A stretch of 64,000 nt of DNA, taken from positions 62,001 through 126,000 of IMG/VR virus record IMGVR_UViG_3300044645_002359; one strand, written 5' to 3'. Each line of letters opens with the position of its first letter. Positions within the stretch are counted from its first letter, which is position 1. The translations under genes and the position numbers were made by a program. The notes under the pieces were generated by a model. That model saw only the letters and a program-made list of their open reading frames with translations, made no database searches and was not told the DNA's origin. Below, in pieces: positions 52,681-62,031 of this stretch.

Positions 52681-54696
52681 ATGGAAAATTCCGTTAATCT
52701 TGTATCGCAACTCAAGGAAGACTACCTGAGTTATTCAATGGCGGTGCTCGTAGGAAGAAGCATCCCGGACATTTATGACGGACTAAAGCCAGCTCAAAGG
52801 CGCATCCTTCAAACAATGATTGAAGAGGGGTTGCTGCCGAACAAACCTTACGTGAAGTGTGCCCGCACCACGGGTTTGACAAGTGCTTACTATCACCCTC
52901 ATGGCTCAGCCTATGGGGCACTCATAAACATGGCAACTCCATGGAACAATAACGTTCCTTGGATTGACTGTCATGGTAATGTCGGTAGCTCCGTTGACAG
53001 TCCTGCAGCCGAGCGATACGTAGAAAATAGGCTAAGGGTATCTGCAGTAGATCTTCTGCTGCAAGACAGAGAAGTATGGGAAACCCGCCCAAACTACGAT
53101 GGAAGTCGCCAGGAGGCTATTCGCTTCAACACTGCAGTTCCTTCCGTTTTGTTAAACGGAGATTCCGGTATTGCCGTAGGTTTTGCAACCCGTCTCGCGC
53201 CGCATAGTCTGCGCTCAGTAGTCGAAGCCGTTAAGCTCGTATGTAAAGATGCAGTAACCGAAAAGTCCCACTTAGAAAACCTTCGGAAAGCACGAGAAGT
53301 CCTTCTTCCAGACTTCCCCACAGGGACCCAAATCGTCAAAGACGAGCAACTTGAAATCTATACGAAAACGGGTAGTGGAAACATTCGTTGCATGGCACGT
53401 GTAGAACAAGGTATCCAGAAAAGGGAAGGTAGAGCAAAAGATCGCGTTACTTTGTCTTTCACACACTTGCCTCCCAACTCCAACCCTGAAAAGCTCGGGG
53501 AGCAAATCAAGAATGAACTAGAAAAAGGCCGCATCGAAGGTGTAGCTGAAGTCAACGACTTGTCAGACATGACCGGAGATTGCCTGGAAATTGTGGCAAA
53601 GCCGGGTGTCGACATTGAAAAACTCAAGCAGCTGCTCTACGCTTACACGGACCTTGAACTGAAATACTCTGCTAAGACTCTCGTGATCGATGGGGTCAAA
53701 CCCGTTGAACTCTCACCCGTCCAAATTGTCCAGCGTTGGGTGAGTTGGAGGCTCGACCGCCTTCAAGTGAAGTTCAATAGGGAACTCGACCTCAAAGAAT
53801 CTCGCCTGCACATTGTTCAGGGGTTGCTCAAGGCCATCGACAAGATGGATCTGATCATCAAAAAGATTCGGGCAGCCAAGGACAAAGCCGAAGCGAAATC
53901 GGCCCTGATTGCCACACCCCTGAAATTCTCTGATAAGCAAGCAGAAGCGATCTTAGAGATGCGCCTGCGCCAGCTTACCAACTTGGATCAAAACGACCTT
54001 ATCATTGAGGATAATTCACTTCAAGGGAGGATTCAAGAGCTAGAGGAACTTTCCAGCGACGAGGTGAGTGGGATCACGGCAAGGAAGACCTACATGGTGG
54101 AAGAGCTGAGCGAACTCAGCAAGCGCCACGGAGAGGCCCGCAGGAGCCCCCTCGTGGAGCCCCCAGTGGGAGAGGTGGCCCGTAGCCCAGGCGAGAGAGC
54201 GAAGCGCCCTGCAGCCGCTCCGAAGCCCCGATTCCTTAAGGTTGACGCGAAAAAAGGCACGGTTGAACAAGCAAAGGGACCTCGGGGTGCCCTCGTTGTT
54301 GATGCCAAGGAGAAGGTTATCCTTATGGCAGAGGATGGAATGCTCAAAAAAGTTCCGGCAAACTTCAAGGGAACAATTTCAACTTCTTACTCTGCAGTGG
54401 TTTTGGCTAAGCGAGAAGCTGACGTTTTTAAGCGGAAGTACCTTGTTGTATTTGAACTTGAGGGGCAACTCAAGGCTCTGACCCTCAACGGCGAAGACCT
54501 TTGCAGGGCTACAAGTAAGGGCAAAATGTGGTTACCGGAAGGTGCTACTTTGAGACACTTCGGAGAAGGTGATTACACTGTGAACTGGGTTTCAACTCGA
54601 AAGAAAGCAGTGAAACTCAACTTGTCCGTTAAAGCGGGTAAGCCCGGTGGTAAAGGCATCAAGGTTGCCAATATCTCAGAGGTGAAACTCCCTTAG
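52681..54696 (+). CDS. Type IIA topoisomerase A subunit (GyrA/ParC-like)
   Basis: DGLKPAQRR, YHPHG, AAERY, NG.SGIAVG.AT, PDFPTG, QAEAILEMRLRQL. Confidence 0.95.
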   Translation: MENSVNLVSQLKEDYLSYSMAVLVGRSIPDIYDGLKPAQRRILQTMIEEGLLPNKPYVKCARTTGLTSAYYHPHGSAYGALINMATPWNNNVPWIDCHGNVGSSVDSPAAERYVENRLRVSAVDLLLQDREVWETRPNYDGSRQEAIRFNTAVPSVLLNGDSGIAVGFATRLAPHSLRSVVEAVKLVCKDAVTEKSHLENLRKAREVLLPDFPTGTQIVKDEQLEIYTKTGSGNIRCMARVEQGIQKREGRAKDRVTLSFTHLPPNSNPEKLGEQIKNELEKGRIEGVAEVNDLSDMTGDCLEIVAKPGVDIEKLKQLLYAYTDLELKYSAKTLVIDGVKPVELSPVQIVQRWVSWRLDRLQVKFNRELDLKESRLHIVQGLLKAIDKMDLIIKKIRAAKDKAEAKSALIATPLKFSDKQAEAILEMRLRQLTNLDQNDLIIEDNSLQGRIQELEELSSDEVSGITARKTYMVEELSELSKRHGEARRSPLVEPPVGEVARSPGERAKRPAAAPKPRFLKVDAKKGTVEQAKGPRGALVVDAKEKVILMAEDGMLKKVPANFKGTISTSYSAVVLAKREADVFKRKYLVVFELEGQLKALTLNGEDLCRATSKGKMWLPEGATLRHFGEGDYTVNWVSTRKKAVKLNLSVKAGKPGGKGIKVANISEVKLP

Positions 54697-54769
54697 GAAC
54701 CGGGTAAAAGTGGTTGTGAGGCTTTACTGAAAGCCTCCCCAGCTAAACTCTAATTAGTTGATAAGAGCC

Positions 54770-56496
54770 ATGACTGTAGTCTACCCTGTCTCTCGGTTAC
54801 TCGCTAACCCTCGACTGTTTCTAGCAATCTCAAGTTATTTGGGAGGAGTTTTCGATCCAGACGTCTTAAGAGATGTTTTTTACGAGTTGTTAGAAGCAGA
54901 GGTTAATGAATTGCCCGATGAGGAATGTGAATTTTTAGCTGAAGAAGTTTGCTTTGAAGTTGAAGACGAAGGCATGGTCTTTAACATGTACTTTGATACA
55001 GGATCTTCAATAAAAATAGAAGCGACTGAAGAAGGTTACAAGCCTCAAATTACATCAGAGTTCGAAATGGCTACTGCGTCGGCTGTTAATAATCGACTCA
55101 TTTGTGCGATTGAGGACTCCCATCCAGAACTCAAAGATGATATTGCCTTTGAGCATCCTCCAACCCCCGGTAATGGGTTTCTGAGTTCTAAAGACGGTTT
55201 TTCCGGAAGTTTTCATCTTCGCTCAGATCCCAACAAAAAGTATGCGTTCAATATAACTATTATAGACCCTGATACCGATCACTTGGTAGCTAAAATTCGA
55301 CCCATTTAAAGCAAAACAACCATGATGGACAACATAGTGTTTGCGACCGATAGTATGAGATCTTCGGTTTCTTCACTCAAGAAAAAACTATCAAACCTGA
55401 AAATTAGCGTAGAGCAACTTGGTTCCGAAGTTGAAAAAATTGAAACGAAATTCGACAAATTGCTCACCCAAACTGAAATTTATAAAGCCAAACTAGAACG
55501 AGAAAAGGGTCGGGAAGTGCGCCGACTTGAACTCGAACTTTCGAAACTTAAGAAGCAGCTGAAAGACGTAAACCCTGTCATTGACTCCCAGGAAGATCCC
55601 ACAGAACTTAGTATCGCTTCTACAATAGCCGTCTTTGAGTGTCTTCTTCGCCACATATGCGAAGGCGCAGACGACTTCCGCCTCATGAGTTACGCTTTTA
55701 TATTCCCTACCATAGTCGAGAGGGTCGTGTCCTCTGAAGACCCTGCATACTTCCTTCACAAACTGCCCGAGTCTTCTCAAATTGTTATCAATCGGGGTAA
55801 AGAATACGTTGCTTACTTAAGAGAAAACTGTGAAACACACGTTACGGACCCGGAAGCATGGGAGCAATACGTTCCTTCAGTTACAGATTGGTGGAGAAAC
55901 GACGCGCTCCCGTTGCTTTATGGTTCGAGAGATGAGCAGTGGGACTTCGATGTTCCATTGTCTTTGGTAGAAATTCTAATGTGGCGGGATGAACCAGGAG
56001 AAAGACCCATTCATTTCTCCCCCGTATTTGATGCCTACGAGATTTACAGGGCGCACAAAGACGAAGTCTACAATAGTAGCGGAGTTAGAGCTTTTGACCT
56101 CAAAATGTTTAAGTTTGAATTAGCGGATCCCTCTGAAGAAGGGGTAAGTTAAGTTATCAATGAATGAAATTTATGGTCCCCCGCACAGTACAAATGGCAA
56201 AAGCCGTGGCCGACCTTTTGGGACCGGCAGAGATTGAAGAGTACGGTAACATAATCTCAAAGCCTTACCAAGGCTGGAGCAACATCTACCAAGGTTACTT
56301 CCTAGGTTCGGCAGGTGCAGCTCCATCGGACACTTTGGGAAGACCCGTAATGTTCAGTTACTACGTCCATAGCTGGTTAGAAAAACAACCTCGTTGGGCT
56401 CAACCACCTGAGCGCAAATCCGGCAATGGTTTCAGTGCTATTCTTTTCCCAGTGGCTGATAGCCTCGTGCCCCCTCCTCTGAACTCTATCACCTGA
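54770..56496 (+). CDS. Three hypothetical proteins (54770-55309, 55322-56152, 56164-56496)
   Basis: ORF track. Confidence 0.55.
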
Positions 56497-56546
56497 GTTT
56501 ACCACCCCCCAAACCAAGCTAAACTAAACCAGAACAATCAAACGAC

Positions 56547-59483
56547 ATGAGAACCAGCGAACTCGGATATCCTGTCCTTTCAAGCACTCTTCACGAGAAG
56601 GTGTTTGGCGGTGAAAAGATGGCGCCCATGAGTACCTCTGCTCGCCGCAAGGCCGAGCGCCTTCTGAAGCAATTCGACATTTCAGTTCCAGTAGATCACC
56701 CTGATAACTTGTATGATGGCCCCCTGCCACTACCTAGTTTGAAGGGTGATTCTTTGCATGAGCACTTTGAGAGAATTGCTACAGAGCAAGTAGGAGTGTA
56801 TAAAGAACTCGGCGATAATCTGTCCAAGTGCGAACTACCTAAACTGCCCCCAACTTCCGACTTCGTTTACCAAGCAGGTTGGACGCGCTACGAGTGGCTT
56901 GAGGAAGAAGGCAAGTTTCAAACAGAAGCTGTGCCCTTCCCTTCGGAAGAAGCTTTCACCTTTGACACGGAAACTTTCGTAAAAGCTGGAGCATTCCCCA
57001 TCATTGGCACCGCCCTTAGCGAAAAAGCAACTTACATCTGGCTAGCGGCTGAACTAATTGATCCTACCTTGCCGGAAGAAGAGTGGGATCAACGCGACCT
57101 TATCCCCATCGGAGAGAACAGATTTGTAGCGGGTCACAATATCAGCTACGACCGTGTTCGATCACGGGAAGGTTACTCGCTCGACCGAATCAAGCCTGAA
57201 AACTTCTACTTTGACACCCTCTCGGCTCACATTGGGGTGTCCGGTTTGGCATCTGGTCAGCGGTGGTTGTACCTACTTGCAGCCAAAGACCCAGATAACT
57301 TAACCGAGGAAGAAAAGAGAAAGCTTCGATACGCACCGAAGTGGCTCGACGAGGGTTCGACGAACAGTCTTGTCCAATGCTACAACTTTCACGTTTACGA
57401 AGTTAGAAAGTACTTCGGGGATGAGACGGTTCGCCCTCTAAACCAAGGAGACAAGAAAGTTCGAGACATTTTCGTAGACGCTACGCACATTTCTCAAATT
57501 ACTGCTGTTCTTGAAAAAGCAGTTGAGTATGCCGTAAGAGACGCATTTTACACTGCGGAACTGTTTCAAGCACTATGGCCAAAGTATCTAGACAGTACTC
57601 CCTCTATGGTAGGACTTTGCGGTCATTACCACTTGAACGGTTCCGTTGTCCCTCTGGTGGATGACTGGGCTGAATGGATCCGTAATACTGAGAAAGTTTT
57701 TCACGAGCATAGCCAGGAAATGACTGAGTTGTGTAGAAAACTTGTTTGGAAGACCTATGAAGAGTGGAAAGGAATCTTCGAAAGTGAGGAAGATCCTGAG
57801 GAAGGGTTGAGGCAAGCTACGGCCTGGGTGAAGCTTGACCCTTGGGTGTCCCAACTTAACTGGAAGATCGAGAGTCGTAAAGGAAAGTACGCCTGGATCC
57901 CAACTTGGATGCGCCCATTTATCAAGGACCCTGAGCAACATATTGGGGTTAAATCTCAACTGGCCCACTTGCTATTGAGGCTTAAGTACGAAGGGTCCCA
58001 CATGGTTCTCACCAAGGAAGACGGGTGGTGCTATTACGACGAGAATCACAAACTTACAAAAATTCCTCACCCGAAAGGTAACGGGGATAACTGCGGAGGT
58101 GTCCTGTCAAAAGACTTCGTTCAAGACATGGAAACAGGCAGACTGAGTAGTGATTTACCCGAAGCTAAAAGAGCACTTGACATTTCCAACTCAATCTCAT
58201 ACTGGACATCCGTTCGTAAGCGTGTGATGGATAGGATTTTCCTTGATGTCAAGAACCCCTACGGTACGGACACCCTTGTGACTCTACCCGAAATTCTGTG
58301 CCACGGCACTGTTACACGGAGAACGGTTGAAAGTCTTATGGCAACCATGTGCTCTACGAAGAACTGGCGCATTGGTACTGAGCTTAAAACCAGGGTTCAG
58401 GCGCCAGAAGGCTGGAAAATCGTAAGTGCCGACTACGACGGGCAAGAACTTCAAATCGCCTCCATTTATAGCGATAAGTGGGAGGGTGGTTTCGTAGGCT
58501 GCTCCCCGATGGGTTACAACGTTTTGTCTGGATCAAAAGAGAACGGAACTGACCCGCATACTGCCCTGGCTAGAGCTATTCTACCTGAACTGTACAAAGG
58601 TCTCGTTTGGGATAGAAAGTTGGGGGTGTGCTACAAATTTGAAACCGAGCCTCTAAATACTCCAGACTGTGTAAAAATCGGCGAACATTGGCTTTGCCCT
58701 ATTGATGACAAGAAAGACAAGCTGCTGAAAAAAGCCCGAGATCTGAGCAAGATTGTTGGTTTCGCAACTTTGTATGGAGGAAGTGTGAGAGCCCTCAGCA
58801 CCCCGATTCGTAGAACTTTCCCTGAAAAGAAAGAGCGAGAGGTTAAAGACTTTGCCTTGAAAGCTTTGTCTTCGAAGAAAGGAGTGTTGTCAAATGGAAC
58901 TTATGAGGGTGGCTCCGACTCCGGTGCCTTCAATTTGATGGAACAAATTTCCATGAAAACGAAAGTTCCTCAGCTCCCGTGCTTGGGCACAAAAATCTCA
59001 ACTGCAATGCGCCCTGCTGCGGTCGGAAACGACTTTAAGACAGGCAGAACAAACTGGACCATCCAAGCCTCCGGTGCCGAGATTCTTTCCATCACGCTAA
59101 CCGCAGTCGCGTGGTTGGCGGAAGAATACAAGATTCCCTATCGTTTCATTATCAGTATTCATGACGAACTTCACTTCATGACTCCTGAAAGATACGCAGA
59201 GCAATTCGCTGTGGTATTTCAAATTGCCCACTTGTACACTTGGGCAAACTTCCATAGCGCTGTGAGTATTCCGGAACTGCCTCTCAGTCGGGCGTTTTTC
59301 TCCTCTGTGGCTATTGACTACAGGCTCAGAAAGTCCCCGAAAGAATGTACTGTGACACCTTCCAATTTGAGAGGGTCCGAGGAGCCGAACGGCGTCGAAT
59401 ACTCAATGAGCGAGCTTAGCGAGATCGGCGCTGTCGACAAGTTGAAAATTCGGTATGAAGCTATCCAAAAAGGTTTAATTTGA
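56547..59483 (+). CDS. Family A DNA polymerase, mitochondrial pol-gamma-like
   Basis: LS..LH...F, GWTRY, FDTE, GHNISYDR, PHPKGNG.N.G, GTVTRR.VE, ADYDGQEL, R.NW.IQ.S, ISIHDE, AFFS.V.ID..LRK. Confidence 0.95.
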   Translation: MRTSELGYPVLSSTLHEKVFGGEKMAPMSTSARRKAERLLKQFDISVPVDHPDNLYDGPLPLPSLKGDSLHEHFERIATEQVGVYKELGDNLSKCELPKLPPTSDFVYQAGWTRYEWLEEEGKFQTEAVPFPSEEAFTFDTETFVKAGAFPIIGTALSEKATYIWLAAELIDPTLPEEEWDQRDLIPIGENRFVAGHNISYDRVRSREGYSLDRIKPENFYFDTLSAHIGVSGLASGQRWLYLLAAKDPDNLTEEEKRKLRYAPKWLDEGSTNSLVQCYNFHVYEVRKYFGDETVRPLNQGDKKVRDIFVDATHISQITAVLEKAVEYAVRDAFYTAELFQALWPKYLDSTPSMVGLCGHYHLNGSVVPLVDDWAEWIRNTEKVFHEHSQEMTELCRKLVWKTYEEWKGIFESEEDPEEGLRQATAWVKLDPWVSQLNWKIESRKGKYAWIPTWMRPFIKDPEQHIGVKSQLAHLLLRLKYEGSHMVLTKEDGWCYYDENHKLTKIPHPKGNGDNCGGVLSKDFVQDMETGRLSSDLPEAKRALDISNSISYWTSVRKRVMDRIFLDVKNPYGTDTLVTLPEILCHGTVTRRTVESLMATMCSTKNWRIGTELKTRVQAPEGWKIVSADYDGQELQIASIYSDKWEGGFVGCSPMGYNVLSGSKENGTDPHTALARAILPELYKGLVWDRKLGVCYKFETEPLNTPDCVKIGEHWLCPIDDKKDKLLKKARDLSKIVGFATLYGGSVRALSTPIRRTFPEKKEREVKDFALKALSSKKGVLSNGTYEGGSDSGAFNLMEQISMKTKVPQLPCLGTKISTAMRPAAVGNDFKTGRTNWTIQASGAEILSITLTAVAWLAEEYKIPYRFIISIHDELHFMTPERYAEQFAVVFQIAHLYTWANFHSAVSIPELPLSRAFFSSVAIDYRLRKSPKECTVTPSNLRGSEEPNGVEYSMSELSEIGAVDKLKIRYEAIQKGLI

Positions 59484-59491
59484 GACAAACT

Positions 59492-59928
59492 ATGAAAAAA
59501 CACACCAAGGTTAAAAAGCCCAGAGTTCAATCAGCAGACATCTTCCCTTGCAAGACGAAGGTGGGTATGTACTGGTGGCCTGTTCCATATGATAAGAAAG
59601 ACAAGTTCATCCCTTCATCCGTTGATTGCTTGTACTCTCAAGAATACTTTTCTGAAAGAGATGCTATTACCATGCTTCGGGCTCTTTAAAGATAAAGAGA
59701 AGCTGAACAATGCCTTTCCCCTTACCCCTTGACCCTGCCTTTAGAAAAGAAGTCATAAAAAGTTGGATAGATGATGTTCACGATAGACTAGAGTTAGGAG
59801 ACAGAAAAAGTGCTGAGTTAAGCTGGAAAATTGCTAATAGTCTGTTCGTCTCCCTTCCAGCTGGACAGGGGGACTTTTCTCTTGAGAATGACTTGATAGA
59901 AAGCAGGGTAAAACTAGAGCAGCATTGA
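59492..59928 (+). CDS. Two small hypothetical proteins (59492-59689, 59710-59928)
   Basis: ORF track. Confidence 0.5.
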
Positions 59929-59941
59929 TACTACACAAACC

Positions 59942-60690
59942 ATGCGCTCAGTAACAACCGAACCCAACCAACCTTCAGAACCAAAGTCTATTTCTAATCT
60001 TCAGACTTTCAGTGCAACTCTGTCAGATGGCAGAGAAATTACCATCCGTGAAATGACCGGTCGCGACCTCATTTATATGGAAGAAGATCTAGCCAAATAT
60101 GGGGAAACTCGTCAGAGTTTTTACCTTGTTGAAAGGCTGAATGTGGGTCCCGCAAAGGTGACCTTCGACGAGGTGGCCGATATGGGTGCTCGCGACTTGA
60201 AAGTTGTTTCCGAACTTGTCAAGAAAGCCAATGGTGGCGAGGAGGAAGAAAATAAAAACCCAAAATAGAGGTTGAGGAACTTGAGGACTTTTCCTTCAGG
60301 GTGATTGTAGAGTCTAACGAGCCAGTTCACATAAGGGATATCTCCCCGAAAGACTTCTTGTTTGCTAGAATTTTACAGGACAAGGGAGAAGGTGCTCTCA
60401 AGTTAATATCAAGACTTGTAATCAACCCCGAAAGTTTAAACCCCATGCCCGCGAGAGACTTTAGAACCTTCACTGTATGGGTGTCAGATAATATACTAAA
60501 TGAAAGTATTCTAATCCCCGAAAGTTGGATGGAAATTGCTTTTCATTTGAATAAACAACGATGGGATGAGGGCATAGACTGGTTAGAAGTTCAGCCCATG
60601 ACGCGAATAAAGCGTATGATTGAAATCAACCAAAAAGTGGCTGAAGAACAGCAAGATGCTATAAAAAACTCAAAGGGTAAGAGGCGCTAA
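59942..60690 (+). CDS. Putative tail assembly chaperone pair (59942-60268; -1 frame to 60690)
   Basis: TLSDGREITIREMTGRDL; slippery C CCA AAA at 60259-60265 before TAG. Confidence 0.55.
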
Positions 60691-61100
60691 TGTTCAAATT
60701 CAGCACTAAAATGAACTTTGGGGTAAAGCTATTCAACCCCGATTGGTGGGAGCCCACGAAGTTAGAATGGGCTCCTGTTCTTCTAAACGAAAACAAGCCC
60801 TTTTGGAAAAACCAGACACAACCGAACGGACGACCCTGGAAACCTCTGACAAACCAGTACAGAGCGTGGAAGAAGAAGAAGTACGGTGAGCAGCCAATTT
60901 TAAGGGCAACAGGAAAGATGCAGGATACGGCAAAAATTCTAACGAATTTAAGAAACGATCGCTTCGAGGTTTTAACAACTAGTGTTGGTCCTTACCACCA
61001 ATTCGGTACTAAAAAGATGGCTGCAAGGCCCTGGATGAGTGTACCCGATTCATCCCTTGAAAAACTCTCAGGCATAGCCTGGAAAAACATTCTTAAATAA
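60690..61100 (+). CDS. Virion morphogenesis protein (Mu gpG-like)
   Basis: W.PL...Y, ILRATG.M, YHQFGT.KM.ARPW. Confidence 0.8.
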   Translation: MFKFSTKMNFGVKLFNPDWWEPTKLEWAPVLLNENKPFWKNQTQPNGRPWKPLTNQYRAWKKKKYGEQPILRATGKMQDTAKILTNLRNDRFEVLTTSVGPYHQFGTKKMAARPWMSVPDSSLEKLSGIAWKNILK

Positions 61101-61102
61101 CT

Positions 61103-61932
61103 ATGACAAAACGTCGCGCTAGAGACCAAGAAGGCGAATACGCCGGTGATAATCCGGCTAAGCCGGATGTGAACGAAGCTTGGGTTGAAACCCCGAGCGA
61201 AAGCCCGAAGGAAGAAAAGAGTCTTCCAATTGAACCAGTAGTTGCGGAACCGTTAGAGGAACCCGCCGCTGTAGAAGCTGTTGTCGAGGTTCCAGTTATT
61301 GTGGAGCCCGCTGGGACAGAACCTGCAGTTGTAAAACTCAAAACCTCCGACACTACCGAGCTGAAAGAAAAGCAGAGCAAAGAAGCCATTGAAGCTTCTG
61401 TTCAGGAAAAACTCTCAAAGAGATCTTCTGAGGAAGTAGACCCCTTTGTACCCTCAGCTCAGCTTCAAAAAGAAGTGAAAGAAATTGCAAAACAGGGGGG
61501 ATTCCCGCTCTCCAGAGGTACCGAGGCAGGTGCTGCCTTAATGGCTCGTGCACGTAGGCAAGCTAAATCGTGAACTCTTACGTCTTCCAACCTGGAATGA
61601 CTTGGAGAAAGTTAGGGTACGGGTTTTACTCGGACTCTTTAGCTTACCGTCAGGTCTTAGACAACAATCCCAGGTGGTCGGTAGTTGAACTGCCTCCTCC
61701 TGGAACAGTCCTAGTTGGAGGAACTACCAACTCAGGGGCTGGTGCATCGCAGCAGTCCCCTATATTTGGCAGAAGTTCGGGGCAAGAAGTTCTAGACTTT
61801 TATCCTTTTTCTAGTGAAGGGGAGTATTTTTCGTCTCTATCCTTGTACAGTCGCTCAAGTCTCAGAGAAGTAAGCAGGTTGAACGGCTGGTCAATGGATA
61901 GCTCTGAAGTTGTAACAGGACTTGTAGGGTAA
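61103..61932 (+). CDS. Acidic hypothetical (61103-61573) and LysM/tail-X-like protein (61570-61932)
   Basis: Y..QPG.TW..L...FY.....YR..L..NP.....PPPGTVL. Confidence 0.5.
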
Positions 61933-62031
61933 AATACAGAGGTATACACCCTAAACTTCTGGCCCACGGGCACCACCGCCGGACTTATCCTCGCCGGCAC
62001 AGAGGTAAGGAAAAGGAGGAATCTAACAAAA

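Noticed and set aside
58557-58739. Intein in the DNA polymerase
   Set aside because: Insert too short and lacks intein terminal motifs
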